Source: Calcarisporiella thermophila CBS 279.70 (taxonomy: Eukaryota > Fungi > Calcarisporiellomycota). From it: DNA of 64,000 nucleotides. Location of the stretch: NCBI RefSeq assembly GCF_041956535.1, contig NW_027192198.1, positions 760,811-824,810 of the forward strand. The letters run 5' to 3'. Shown here piece after piece: positions 40,481 to 53,816 of this stretch (positions are counted from its first letter, which is position 1; each line of letters begins with the position of its first letter). A program made the position numbers and the translations under genes. Below the pieces are notes generated by a model. The model searched no databases and was not told the origin of the DNA. It saw only the letters and a list, made by a program, of their open reading frames with translations.

Positions 40481-41289
40481 TGGCGAGAGAGCGAGGAGCA
40501 AGCGAAAGCAGCAAGAGAGGCAGGCGAAATTGTTTACCGACAGGAATCCCATGCACCAGTCCAATTCATCTCCGACTATCCTCGTTTGTGTCTCTGTCGT
40601 GAGAGAAAAATTGGCCTGAGGCCGAAAAGGGGACGGCCTTTTGCGAAGCTTGCAAGCCTCCGTTGGTGTGGACCAGTGCTTGCGCTATTTTTGTTCACGC
40701 TTCGTCGCCTCCCCCTCGACGGTTTCGGCCGGAGATGGGTGCATGTGCAAGGCCGCGGACCAGCAAGCGGCCGCCCGAGAAAGGGAAATTGGGCACGCGA
40801 TAAAACTTCCGCGGCGTGCAGTCACGCCCGCAAGGCCGGCCCTTGGTCATGTTTGCTCACCCGCCTGTTTTGGAAACCCGGCCGAAGCGTCGGCCTGACG
40901 AGGGATTTCTGTCTCTGATAACCCGCACAAGCGTTGCGTCACATGCAGCGTCGAATCATGGGCGAGGCGAGGAGCCGGCATTTGAGAAAGCGAGGACTTC
41001 TCTCGATGCCGGCCGTTCTTTACCCTTCTTTCAGGGTTTTCATGGGGATCGAGTGTGGAGGATTGGCCAAGGTAATCTGATCCTGCGCTTTTCCCTCCAC
41101 CCCGCCCCCCCCCTCTCGGCCGGGGAAAAAATACTCCCGACGTCAAACGTCAATTTCGAGGATACGAGGGCGAGGCGCAGCAAGTCTGCATTCTCGGTAC
41201 TAGAGCAAGTCGGCGGGCCTAGCAAGATGAACTTCCTCTTCGAATCCGGCACATCCCTCTCTCCTCGCCATAGCAGATAGCGGTTAGCC

Positions 41290-42073
41290 ATGAAGTTCAG
41301 CAAAGGTGCGTGCTCTCCTGGATGGATGGATGGATGACAGGTCGAGAAATGTCGGGTTGGATGGCTTCTGTGAGCCCAGATCGCTATCAACCAAGGCATT
41401 TCCGTTCATTGGCAAACATCTCGATGCTCATGCTTTTAATCTCCAATCTGTAGATGTCAGCTCGTCGCGCCGTAAGAGCCGGAAAGCTCACTTCTCGGCC
41501 CCCTCTAATATCCGCCGCAAGATTATGAGCGCTTCGCTCTCCAAGGAGCTGCGCGAGAAGTACCATGTAAGTTCCTACCTCAGCTCGCGATCAAACGCTC
41601 TGCGCCGATCACTAATGTCTCTAATGGATCAATCCAGGCTCGCTCCATCCCCATCCGCAAGGACGATGAGGTCATGGTGGTGCGCGGCTCGTATAAGGGT
41701 CGTGAGGGCAAGGTTGTACAGGTGTATCGTAAGAAGTGGATCGTCCACATTGAGCGCTTGAACCGCGAGAAAGTCAACGGTAGGAGGCCCGATGTCCTCA
41801 TTTTGCGTTGGCCATTGACTCACTAGGCGATATTATCTAAATATGCTAGGCTCCACCGTCCCCATTGGCATCCACCCCTCCAAGGTGGTCGTGACCAAGC
41901 TCAAGGTCGACAAGGATCGCAAGAGCCTCCTGGAGCGAAAGGACCGGTCCGCTTCCTCCAAGGGCAAGGAGAAGGCAGAGGATGCCATGCAAGAGGTATG
42001 TGTATATAATGTAGGGGGTGAGAGGAGGAACCAGAATGTTTCTAATATTCAATGCATTGCCATTATCTAGTAA
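41290..42073 (+). CDS. RPL26: 60S ribosomal protein L26 (uL24)
   Basis: MKFSK|[70 protein letters not shown]; four introns. Confidence 0.96.
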
Positions 42074-42243
42074 ATGACCTAGGCGTGCTTTTTGATATCG
42101 TTTTGCTGAGGAAAACAAAAAACAATATAAATAAATATTTTTATTCTTTTAAACATACCAACTTGGTTCCATTCGAATATTAAATTCCAATACTAATGCA
42201 CATTAGTCGAAAAGAAGAATATTAGCCAACGAATACCTGTCAT

Positions 42244-43527
42244 TTATTTAATTTTTCGCAAGTGCTCTCCTGTGGCAAGCACGGTGAGCTCGTCTCCAAT
42301 CGACACGGATCCGGCTAGGACCAAATATCGGTTAGTGTCCCATCCATCTGTCTATGCATCTAGTAACCGAAGAAATTCCAGAGCTTACAGGTTGTCTTCA
42401 TGACACAGTTCATTCCAAAGCAGGCGGTGTAAGGCGCCCCCTTATCCACCCGCCTGTATCCCTGAAGGGTCCTCTGCGGCTGGTGCTTAGGGTGGGGCTC
42501 GCCGGTCTCATGATTGACGTTGGGGATGGTGCAGCGTGTGCATCTGCAAGCGACATGGTACTCCACACCTCCAATGGTAAAGCTTAGCCAGGTGTCTTCG
42601 GAGAAGGGAGAGCATCCGCTCACCACCACATTGGGGCGGAAGTGTAGAATGTGAACGGGCGTCTCAAGCCGAGAGTTGAGATCTTCGAGAGATGCCTCGG
42701 AGATCAGAAGCATGGGGAAATAGTCTTGAAACGCAGACTATACAAAACAAAAGAGAAAGCGGATTGGCAGGGTTGAGTGGATTGGCTTGTTGGCCAGGAT
42801 TTTCGTTCTTGGCCACGCGCAAGCAAGCAGTATTACCTGTGCCTGGAACCCTAGCTCTTGCTCACTCGGAGTATGATGCTCCACCTTACGGATACCCTCC
42901 AAAGACTTGTGCACGAGCCTGACCTCTTTTCCGAGGAACCGGCTTAACCACTCGGCAGCTGCATCGCCCATGTCATAGGCATCGACCTTATCCGCCCACA
43001 CTTGCACCACCACCTTACGTTGTACGATGGCTTGTCTGGCAAATTAAAGAAGTAGTGAAAAAAAATTTTTGACCGTGGAGGCGACGGCCTACTTACGTTG
43101 GAACCAGGGGAAGTTCCAATTCTTCCATTCCAGGAGCTGTAAGAGTGAGTGTGCCTCCCGTTGGGTGATTGGGGTCTTCGTGTATGTTGGGGGTGATAAG
43201 CACCATCCTCGGAGACTCGCGTTGCGAGAGCTTGTTCATATCAGAAGTTATAATAGCCCATTGCCTATCATATTTGAAACCATCTACATCGGAAATATTT
43301 GGAGATATTAAAAAACAATCCAAAGGCAACATGGTCGATGGAAAAACGCTTAATCACATTGGTTGATGGTGAGTGAGGTCTGAGGCACACCTCGGCACGA
43401 TTTAATTGGATAGATATAGAGCTAGCAGAGGGCCAAAGCATCATGAGAAACGGCACAAAAACCTCATGGGCCCAGCCATCACTCAACGAGGAATTACCTG
43501 GGAGACTTTGATATGTTCAGTCACCAT
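42244..43527 (-). CDS. MOSC-domain molybdenum-cofactor protein (mARC/YcbX-like)
   Basis: MVTEHIKVSQ|LYIYPIKSCRG, YDRQW, LSQRESPRMVLI, WLSRFLG, FQDYFPMLLISEASLEDLN, FRPNVVV, CTRCTIPNV, FGMN. Confidence 0.9.
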
Positions 43528-43994
43528 CGCGTCCTTCACAACCGCAGGCGAAGAGTCCAAATCTTGCAAATGGGTGCCTTTATTTGGCCACGGTCTATAG
43601 ATATATATATATATATATAAACTCAAGACCAACGCTGACTCACAAGGAGTGCTCTGTGACTGCCCAGGAGATGCAAATCAAGTCCCTATTCGCCTTCCGC
43701 TCGAGCATTCCATGACTGCCAAAGCGGAAGGCGAATCTAATCGATGCATTTACCAGACGGCCTCTGATTGGCCAGTTAAAAATAATAAGGTAAAAAAGCT
43801 TGCGCTTCTTATGTCCATTATCTCATGTAACGAGAGTTTTAGTTCATCTGCTGGATCGCTTCTCTCCCTCTCTTTCTTCCTCCCCTATCGGCCCCTCCAT
43901 CGACTTTAGAGATCATCTCGCATCATCTGTAATAACTACACACTCATCTAATACATCTATACCTCTATTTCCCCATATCCCTTAAAAATAGACC

Positions 43995-44615
43995 ATGCGG
44001 CCCATTGTTGCTCTCCTTATTTCATCTTTGTTTACTTTTGCGTATGCCTTCGACATCAATACCGTGGATAATTCCACTCGCGCTCTGTTCCCGACCTGGT
44101 GCACTCATCAAAAAGCATCGTGCGAGAACATTTGCTATGAGAATGGCCTGACGACGCAAGCCAATAACTGCGATGACAAGACTCTCGCGTACCACTGCAT
44201 CTGCAGCAACGGCCTCGCGCCGAATTCTTCGCAATACACTCAAACGATTCCCTACTTCATATGCACGACAGATCGCGAGGACTGTATTCGTGGATGCAAA
44301 ATAGCTGATGCCACCTGTGTGGCACAGTGCCATGCTAGAGCCAACTGCACTGCAACCGAGCCGAAAAAGTAAATATCCCTTCATTAATGTTAAGCACACA
44401 ATGGGGCTGATTCCGACATCTTGTTTTTTAGATACAATCGCACTAGCACTAGCACCATTGGCATGGGAACCCCCAGCAGCGTCAACCCCGCCAATAATCC
44501 AACCTCCACTAAGCCATCGGGTATCTTTGCTCAGAGCGATTCGGCTTCCTCCGGCATCAATATCGGGTTTGTGGTGTTTTTGAGCGCTGCGGTGTTCTTC
44601 TTCAGTCATTTCTAG
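43995..44615 (+). CDS. Small secreted Cys-rich protein, probably GPI-anchored
   Basis: Signal peptide MRPIVALLISSLFTFAYA; Cys-rich domain WC..Q..SC..IC..NNCD..TL.Y.C.C..QTIPYFIC; Ser/Thr/Pro linker; hydrophobic C-terminus; intron ~44369-44431. Confidence 0.8.
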
Positions 44616-46093
44616 ACAATCCGTCTCGGCCGTGTAGAATATCACTCCCCCCAAAATGTCTACGACTCTTGCACGTTTAAGCTTATATATATACTATGCT
44701 TATTCTCTTTTACCTATTTCATTAATGGTCGTTCACATAATTCTCTACTTATATATCAAGATATTTTCCAGAAACTATTTTATTTCTATTTCTATATCTA
44801 TCTCTATTTCTATTTTATATTCTCTATTTACGCAACTTAACATATGCCTTCTTTTCTCCTCCTTAATACGTTTATATTCGACCAGGCCCTTATTTTCCCC
44901 CCCACTTATGACGTTCCACTCTGACTGTCTCTAAAGCATCGTCTTCAAATAAAAAAAAATAAACCCCTTGACTTACTTATTTATCCATGCTTGCTCCACG
45001 ATGAAATCTTGAGTAGTATAGCCGCATTCCATGCATGACGGCACCAACCTAAGATGAGTAAATTATGATTTTGCGGAAAAGCCCATCTAAGACCTTTCAG
45101 AATAGCGGCCTGCCTACTAGCAATGGTCCGGCGTTCCGATCCCTGTCCTCTTTGTCATAGTTTGTCAGGCACTTATGCCGTAATATGTTTGCTGCCCCTT
45201 GCATGAACCGTCCTCCCAAACCACAGTTGCGTGCAGTGTTCAGACCAATGCAAACAAGCGCTGAAAATAGGAATCAGCATTCGACATTGCCCAGGACGGA
45301 GAGATGCAGAGCCTGAAATGTCATGCCTGGCCGTCCCAAGTAAGGTTCTGCTTGCTCCGGGATATAGTTGAGTCATTGCCGAATTTGCCCATCCAGGCTT
45401 TCATTTAGAGACGTCTGGTTCAACAAGCCCTGCCACAGCCAGGTCCACCGACTCGTTTCTCAAGGCCATCGACAGATATAGAAGAATTCCGTCTTGTTTT
45501 ACCTGACAAGGCAATAGACCGACCTTTAGAATAGTGAATTTAACCCGAGAATCTCTGAAACTAAGACTAAGGAAATCCCAGAAATCTGTGGAGGGCAAAG
45601 TTGAAGGGGAGGGGGGGGGGGCGGCGAAAGTCATAGGGAAGCCAGAGAAGGAGGGGGAAATTGGGCGAGAACAAGCAGGTCTATAGGTGCCGCGGTGGGC
45701 CGAGCTTGATCGTAGAGCTGGGAGGAGAGGGAGGGATGGGAGGCGGAATACGACTCCGAGGCGCAGGACGGGCAGTTGGGCTGTGGCTTCTGGATTCGGT
45801 ATGAAGAGAGCTGAAAAAGGGAGAAGATCCCGTCTTTTCAAGAAGAGCAAATGCTGGCGAGGATTCCTCTGGGCATCTTCCGTTTGACACACACTCTGAG
45901 TCATTTGAGTCAAGGCAAATTTGATATCCGAGGATACTAAGCGAAATTACTCCTCGTGAAATTTTGAAAGTGGATTTCCTTATGCTCACCAATGAAAATT
46001 CTATAAACGGGAGGGGGGTCTCGTAAACATAAATTTTCCTTGGACTTTCTTTATTTTCCTTACTCTTTTGGATTTTTTTTCCATCACTGAAAG

Positions 46094-47931
46094 ATGTTGA
46101 CTGCTCTCAACCATTTTACCAAGGCTTGCCCTTTCCTCAATAAGACCTCGGTCTCCACTCTGAGAAGCCTCTCGACGAAGCCCGCCATGGGCGAGAGTGG
46201 CATGACCAATGCGCTCCTCTCGGCCGCAGAACGATGCCCCGTGATGCACAAGGCCCTCGTTGCCCGCCAGTGCGCTCATGTCTCCACCACCTCGCGGGCG
46301 GCGAAACCCGTCTCCTCCCGGGTCAATGCTGCCGCTGTCAACGAATCCTCCCCATTCATGCAACCTGTGCTGGGGACGAAGGCGGTCGAGGGTAATCATC
46401 TAGCAGTTTATCAGGAATGATGATAGGCCATGTACACTTAATTAATTGACATTCCAATAGCTTGCCCTGCGCATCAAGCCAAAGCATCGTCGACATTCGA
46501 CTATGAGGCCTTCTACAACGAAGAGATCGAGAAGAAGCACAAGGACAAGAGCTATCGCTACTTCAACAATATCAACCGGCTTGCCCAGGAGTTTCCCCGT
46601 GCGCACACGGTCAACGAGAAGGATCGTGTCACCGTGTGGTGCAGCAACGACTACTTGGGCATGGGGCGTCATCCGATGGTGGTCGATTCGATGAAGTGAG
46701 TTGCTTTTGGATGGATGTGCGATCATCCCCATCCTCCTCCCCCTCCCGATGGCTGACCTTCTCTTTGCGTCTGCATCACAGGAAAACGCTCGATCGCTAT
46801 GGTGCTGGCGCTGGTGGGACACGAAACATTGCCGGCAATGCCGCCCTTCACTTAAATTTGGAACGTGAGCTTGCTAGCCTTCACCGCAAGGAGTCCGCGC
46901 TCGTTTTCAGCTCTTGCTACGTGGCCAACGACGCCACCCTCAGCACCCTGGCCTCGAAACTTCCCGGATGTGTGATATTTTCCGACGCCTCCAACCACGC
47001 CTCCATGATCCAGGGGATTCGCCACTCGGGGGCTCGCAAAATGATCTTCCGGCACAACGATCTGGAGCACTTGGAGCAGCTTCTCCAGTCGGTGGATCTG
47101 CACGTCCCCAAGATTATCGCCTTCGAGTCGGTCTATTCGATGTGCGGCTCCGTGGGGCCGATCCGAGAAATATGCCAGCTGGCTAAGAAGTATGGTGCCA
47201 TCACCTTCTTGGATGAGGTGCATGCGGTGGGAATGTACGGCCCCCGGGGGGCGGGTGTTGCTGAACACTTGGACTATGAGATGAATGCGGCTTGTCCGCT
47301 GCCCAAGCCGGGCTCCGCCCTGGACATGGTCGACATTGTGACGGGCACGCTTGGAAAGGCCTACGGTGTGGTCGGCGGGTACATCGCTGCCTCCGCCTCG
47401 CTTGTCGACATGATTCGCTCCTACGCGCCCGGCTTTATCTTCACCACCTCGCTGCCGCCATCGGTGGTGGCCGGTGCGCTCACCTCGGTTCGATATCTGA
47501 AAGAGTCGCAGGTGGAGCGCCGCATGCAGCAGCTCAACACCCGCGAGTTGAAGCAGCGTCTGGCGGACCTTGACATCCCCGTGGTCCCGGGGCCGTCCCA
47601 CATCGTGCCCGTCCTGGTCGGGGAGGCCGAGGTGTGCCGATTTGCCTCGGACCAGCTCTTGCACGACCACAACATCTACGTGCAGGCCATCAACTATCCC
47701 ACGGTGGCCCGGGGCGAGGAGCGCCTGCGCATCACGCCCACCCCGGGACACACCCCCGAGATGATGGACCAGCTGGTGGACGCTCTGGTGGACATCTGGA
47801 AGCGCAACAGCCTGAAGAAGGTGAGCGACTGGCGCTTGGAGGGCGGTCGCGCCAATGTGGGCGTCCAGGGCCAGGAGGTGAGGCCGGTGTGGACGGAGGA
47901 GCAGCTGCAGGTACAACCCTGCGCCGCCTAA
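46094..47931 (+). CDS. HEM1: Mitochondrial 5-aminolevulinate synthase
   Basis: Presequence with CP heme-regulatory motifs (ACPF, RCPV, ACPA); [62 protein letters not shown]. Confidence 0.97.
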
Positions 47932-48609
47932 GAGGGGCCTCGCTCCAACCTCACGGCCGACTTGCCCGGCTTCCCACCACGAAATTAATTATGTAGTCCA
48001 TACCTCCATGTTTTGTTGGTTTTGTTTAATTATCCTCCCCCCTCTTTTCAATGGCAATGCAAAAAGATAGTAATATTTTAAAAAAAATCAGAAAATGTTT
48101 TGATATATAGTTTGACATGGCCCCCTGCATGTTTTTTTAAGTTTTCTCTTTTGAATGGCCCACGAGAATTGCTTGAGCACATAATAAATTGAAATTAATG
48201 CAGATAGCCATGCCCCTCCTACGAAGCCATGAGTAGAACGAAAAGAATCCATGCAACTTAAAAACTGAATCAACATATATATATTATATATGTATATATA
48301 GATTTAGGGGCATAGTGCGTAGAGACAGGATAAGATAAAAAAGAGAATTTGAACATATATAATAATATTGTACTAATTGGGAAGATAAAAAAAAATTATT
48401 ATGTATATTGAAAAGCCATAGAAAAAAAGTATTGCGGATTAGGCTGAATAGAAGGGTCAAAATAAATACGAGAGATTAGGTGATAAGGGGGTCAGAGAAC
48501 CTAGTCCATACTGATGAACAAGAGGCGAAAAAAAAACAAGGAGAAAAGCAGGTTGAAAGGGGAAAAAAAAAGGCGAGAGAATATACATGCATAGAAAAAA
48601 GATTGCTAG

Positions 48610-50705
48610 TTAAATATACCAAGTCTTTGGACGATAATACCCGTTATTCGAGGTGTCATAGTCGAACGAGGAATCCACCAGCCCACTCGGCCCACGATCT
48701 GTGGCATGGATGGAAGTCTGCCCAGAGCTTCCAAAAAGCGACTCTGAGGACGTTGCATGCCACCGCTCCAACCACCGACGTAGCCAAAACCGCCGCTTAC
48801 CGCCGGTGCTTTCCGCGGCCTCGCTGCCCGTCCGCTCCAGCCGGAGGCAGACGAAGGGCCGCTCCATAGGATCTGGAGGGGTGCTCTCGTACAGCCGGTC
48901 GGCCCAGCCTTGATAGATCTCGTCCAACACCCGCTCCACCTCCGGCATGGCCATCCCGGGCATGTTGGTGTCCTCATCGCCCTCTTTCAGGCTACGCTCA
49001 AAACTCGGGCGTGTGGTCGCCTCCCAGCTGCGCACGCACTCTCTTGCGTACTCCATATCGGTCAATTGCCCCCGCTCAAATGCTTCCCAGGCCGGTTGCG
49101 CTTGCCAGATCACATGGAAGTCTCGCACCCTCCACAGATGACACAGCTCCAGTAGCGTTTCCTTCGTTTCCCGAATGGTTCTGCAATGGTAAGGGAGAGT
49201 CATCCTCAGCATCTGCTCTCGGGTGAGGCGCCCCGCAGCTACCATGGCCCGGAGCGCCTCCTCCAGCGCCTGCACCATCTCGACGCATGCTGCTCCGCTC
49301 TCCGACGCGGATGGAAAAACAATGACCAATTGGCCTCCAGGAAGGAACTCAGCAGCACGCAAGTATAGGAATGTCAAAAGGTCGTCGTGGGCCCGTCGCT
49401 CGAAATGCAAGCGTTCAATGGGGGACACCTCCGTTGAGAAGGAAAAGACGCTGGATTTTAGGGTGGTGGGCAGCGTGGAGAGGAACTGAAGGGAGGAGAT
49501 GGAGAACCCCAGGTGAAGGTATTGATCTAAAGCACGAAAAGGGGGCGAGTTCACACCCAAATATGAATCTCTTTACCCACCTACCGATATCTCTCCCTCA
49601 AAGGGCCATCTCTTACCTGGGAAGAGCCGGCGAACCAGCGATCGCCCAATGACATGCGGAAACACATTGGAGCGCATCATCGGCTGTCTCAAACTCGACA
49701 CCGACTCTGCTCGCCTGCTTCGAACGGAGACCGTTTTCTCCGTCGTCGTGCTCCGCGACAGCCTCTTCATCTCGCTCGAGGCGGTATCCTCGTCTTCGCG
49801 ACCTTCCCTCCGTTTCTCCTTCTTGTCGGATCCATCCGCCTCGGAGTCCCTCTCCTCTTGCTCCTCATCCCTCTCTTTTTCCGGTTCCTCCAGGATGGCT
49901 TGCGGCGTTTTCAGGGGCTTTCGACCCATGGCCCCCGGTGATTTCACCGACATCTCTGCGTCTTCCTTCGGGGCCGTCTCCTCATCCTCCGACGGCGAGA
50001 AATAAATGGCGGGCGACTTTTTCTTTCTTCTTGTGGGGCTTCCGACCTCGCTCGCATCTGTTTCACTCGAGTAGTCCACGTGCCGGAATTCCTTAGGTGG
50101 GGTTCGCGGCGGCAGGGCACCCAGACTCAGGGAGCGCTGGTTTCGCGAGAACCTGTTAGGAGGAGTATCTTGGGGTTTACGAAAGTAGGAGAGATAGCTT
50201 CTTGATGGTCTGGAGAGTAGGCTGTTGGGGCAAGGGGAGAAGGGAATAAAAGGAGGGAGGTTCAGTCTACCAGCGTTGGGCAATGTAAGGACCGTGATGC
50301 AGCGTATTTACTTGAAGAGAGAGGAGAAGTCTGTTTGCGGGGTATCTACATGCGAAACTACAAAGAAGGGCTGAGGCAGTGATTGGCGCTTCCGCAGTTT
50401 TCCGGAATGGGCCCGAACAAAGCGGCTCTCGAGGTGAGGGAGGGCCTCAGCTACGGCTGCCATTCCATTCATGCCTGTTCCCATTCCTGCGATGAGGAGG
50501 GGTGGTCACTGCATGTTAATGTAAACAAACAAGGTTGCCAACGCTTACCAAACTCTGCGATCTGGAAGGTGTTGTCGTCCTCTCTCGGGAGCGGGCAGCT
50601 GTCGGCTATTTTCCAAATGTCAGTGACCAAGATTGGACCTCAGCAAACAACATGGAGACACAGACCTGCCCTTCGAATGGCGGGTAGAATACTGATCATA
50701 GTCAT
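48610..50705 (-). CDS. SABATH-like SAM-dependent carboxyl methyltransferase-fold protein with a long disordered insert (5' exons uncertain)
   Basis: FQIAEFG (IADLG-like), GRSLVRRLFP (G.SFY.RLFP-like), HLGFSISSLQFLS, DDLLTFLYLRAAEFLPGGQLV, LPYHCRT. Confidence 0.7.
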
Positions 50706-51703
50706 TTGGAATGAAGGGCTAGAAAATGGTACACAACAATACAGGGGGGAGGGGGAAGTAAACAGGGCGATAGATTACTCAGCCGGAAGTCAATGACTCG
50801 TAGGGCAGAACGAAGCTGAAAACGGAGGAGAAAGGGGAGGAGGGGAGGCGAGGACGGGCGGAGGTAAAGACCAAAACCTGCTGAGCGGTGGCCAACAACA
50901 CACAAAAAATTATGGAGCTGAAATAGGGAAACACGTTGCAAAAAGTGGAAGAAGGGGCGAAAGACATCGATTTCCTTCCACGGCCGCGCTTTCGACAGTT
51001 TATAAAAGTCGCGGGAGCAGGGCAGGTTGTTTGTCCTCATAAAAGCTGCAAGTTCGCTAATATAGCATAGATTGGGCTCTTTAGCAAGGATTTTAGGGTT
51101 TATTGCCTGCCATTACTCAAAAATTCGGATGATGACGATGCAGGGAGGCCGAGAGGGTGAAGCCCCATGGTGCGCATCCGCTGAGCTCAGCGCCCAGCTG
51201 CCTTGAGTGGTATCAGGCCGTCCCCTCCCATGGGGCTTGGTCCCATACGAGCCTGAGGTTGTTCAAATAATATACAATGCCCTTCCCACGGCGGTCCCAT
51301 AGTGCTTCTCCTTCTCATGGTCGCCCTATTTAATGCATTTATATAATCCCATGCGTTTGCTCGCCGCAACAGTCCAAAAAAAAGCGGATGTATGCGCCCC
51401 TGGCACTACAAGCTGCAGCGCATTTTATTTATTTTTCGTTCTGCTGGTAAATTCAACCTACCTATTGTGTATAAAATAAGCCATCATCGTAATTAGCCAA
51501 TATGGGTGGCAAATAGAGTTGATTGGGATATGACGAAGACGGTGTTGAGGGCAGGTGGCTCCGAGCCTGTCCTGCCCCTACCCTACGCGTCTATCGAATC
51601 CTATCGAAAGAGTGTGGAAGGAGAAACGCGAAAAGGTTTGAACATCCATCCATCCATCCATCTTCTTTTATCGAGACGCGTGCACCCCAATATATAAAAG
51701 AAA

Positions 51704-53816
51704 ATGGCACAGGCAGCAGCAGCAGCACCAGCTCCCCAGCAACAGCAGGTCTTCAAAGACAAGGAGAAGCCTACCGAGGTACGGCTTAGCAACATCCTGG
51801 CAGCCAAAGGTAGATCCATCTCGGCTTTAATCTATGGCATCTGTGCGCTTAACTGTGTTTTTGCTGCTTAGCTGTCGCCGATGCCGTGCGCACTTCGCTT
51901 GGTCCGAGGGGAATGGACAAGATGGTAAGCCTGATCTGGCTCTCGGTTTTATGCAGGGAGATCTAACGAAATCCGCGAATATTCACTTAACAGATCAAGA
52001 CTGGCAACGGCGAGGTGGTGATCACCAACGATGGAGCAACTATTCTTAAACACATGTCGGTTCTTCATCCGGCCGCAAAAATGGTGCGCCCTTGACCACA
52101 CAATATGGACTAACTCTTGATGATCCATGTTTTACTCACATTGAATATTCTTTTAGTTGGTCGATTTGTCCGCTGCTCAAGATGTGGAGGCTGGCGATGG
52201 CACAACATCGGTGGTTGTCTTGGCGGGTAGTTTGCTTTCAGCAGCCGAAAAAATGCTGGCAAAAGGTAACCTTCTCAGCATTCCATCCTTTTCGTCCACG
52301 AATGCTAATTCGTGTTTATTTAAGGAATTCACCCCACCACCATCGCTGAATCCTTCCAGCGTGCCGCCCAGAAATCTGTAGAATACCTCACCGACATGGC
52401 TACCAAGCTTGAACTGTCCGACCGTGAATCCATGCTCAGGGCAGCAAGTACCTCCCTTAACTCTAAAGTAAACCTCCATCTAAGAATTCGGGCATTTCCA
52501 ATTTTTTCTAAATTTCCCCTTCTTCTCAGGTCGTCTCGCAATATTCCTCGCTTTTAGCGCCTATTGCTGTGGATGCAGTCATGCGAGTGATTGATCCTAC
52601 CACGGCGACCAACGTCGATCTGAAAGATGTGCGCATTGTTAAGAAGGTTGGCGGAACCATCGACGACACCGAGCTAATTGACGGGCTAGTGTTGACACAG
52701 AACGTCATTAAAAGCGCAGGTGGGCCCACGCGGGTGGAGAAGGCCAAGATTGCCCTTGTACAATTCCAGCTCTCACCCCCCAAACCAGATGTAAGTGAAT
52801 CAATCCTCCTCCTCCTCCCTCCCCTCCCAAACAGAATATTGAATACTTTGTTGTTGTTTCAGATGGAGAATCAGATCATTGTGAACGATTACCGCCAGAT
52901 GGATAAGATCCTCAAGGAGGAGCGCCAGTACCTGCTCAACATTTGCAAAAAAATCAAAAAGGCCGGATGCAATGTTCTTCTCATCCAGAAATCGATTCTG
53001 CGTGACGCAGTGAACGATCTGTCGTTGCATTTCCTGGCGAAGCTGAAGATCCTCGTGGTCAAGGATATCGAACGCGACGAGGTCGAGTTCATCTGCAAGA
53101 GCACCGGATGCAAACCGATCGCCGACATTGACTCCTTCACCGAAGACAAGCTTGGATATGCAGAGCTGGTCGACGAGGCGGAATCGTCCGGCGCCAAAAT
53201 CCTCAAATTCACCGGGCTCAAGCAGGCACAGCCCCAACAGGGACGTACCGTCTCGGTATTATGTCGCGGGGCGAACCAGCTTGTGCTGGAGGAGGCGGAG
53301 CGCTCGCTCCACGACGCACTCTGCGTGGTCCGGTGTCTTGTCAAGAAGAAGGCCCTGATTGCCGGAGGAGGCGCTCCAGAGATTGAGATATCGCAACGGC
53401 TTATGGAGTATGCAAGGAGTCTTCCTCGCGGGATGGAGGCGTACTGCTTCCAGGCCTTTGCAGAAGCGCTAGAGGTCATTCCCACCACGCTTGCGGAGAA
53501 TGCGGGCTTGCATCCGATTGCGATCGTGACCGAGCTGCGAAACCGGCACGCAAAGGGGGAGAAGACGGCGGGGATCAACGTGCGCAAGGGCACCATCTCG
53601 AACATCTTGGACGAGAATGTGATCCAACCCCTGCTGGTGTCGACGAGCGCGATCGAGCTGGCTGCAGAGACGGTGAAAATGTTGCTGAAGATTGATGACT
53701 TGGTAAGTGCATCCTGTATCGAAATTGCTTCGACGTCACAGCCCAACCTAATATTCTTGCTTATTTTCTTTTTTCCCTTGCACGTTCTTCTCCGATATTA
53801 GGTGCAGACACGATAA
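51704..53816 (+). CDS. CCT4: Chaperonin CCT/TRiC subunit delta
   Basis: [80 protein letters not shown]. Confidence 0.97.

Noticed and set aside
41306-41453. Intronic snoRNA in RPL26 intron 1
   Set aside because: GGAT repeats mimic box C, but no box D (CTGA) or clear H/ACA layout is present.
43600-43620. (TA)n and other simple repeats (also 48275-48300, 54945-54958)
   Set aside because: Ordinary microsatellites with no spacer structure, so not CRISPR-like.
46852-47916. Long antisense ORFs over HEM1 (also over CCT4 at 52889-53746 and ACS at 62130-63152)
   Set aside because: Shadow ORFs expected from GC-rich codon usage; no recognisable protein features.
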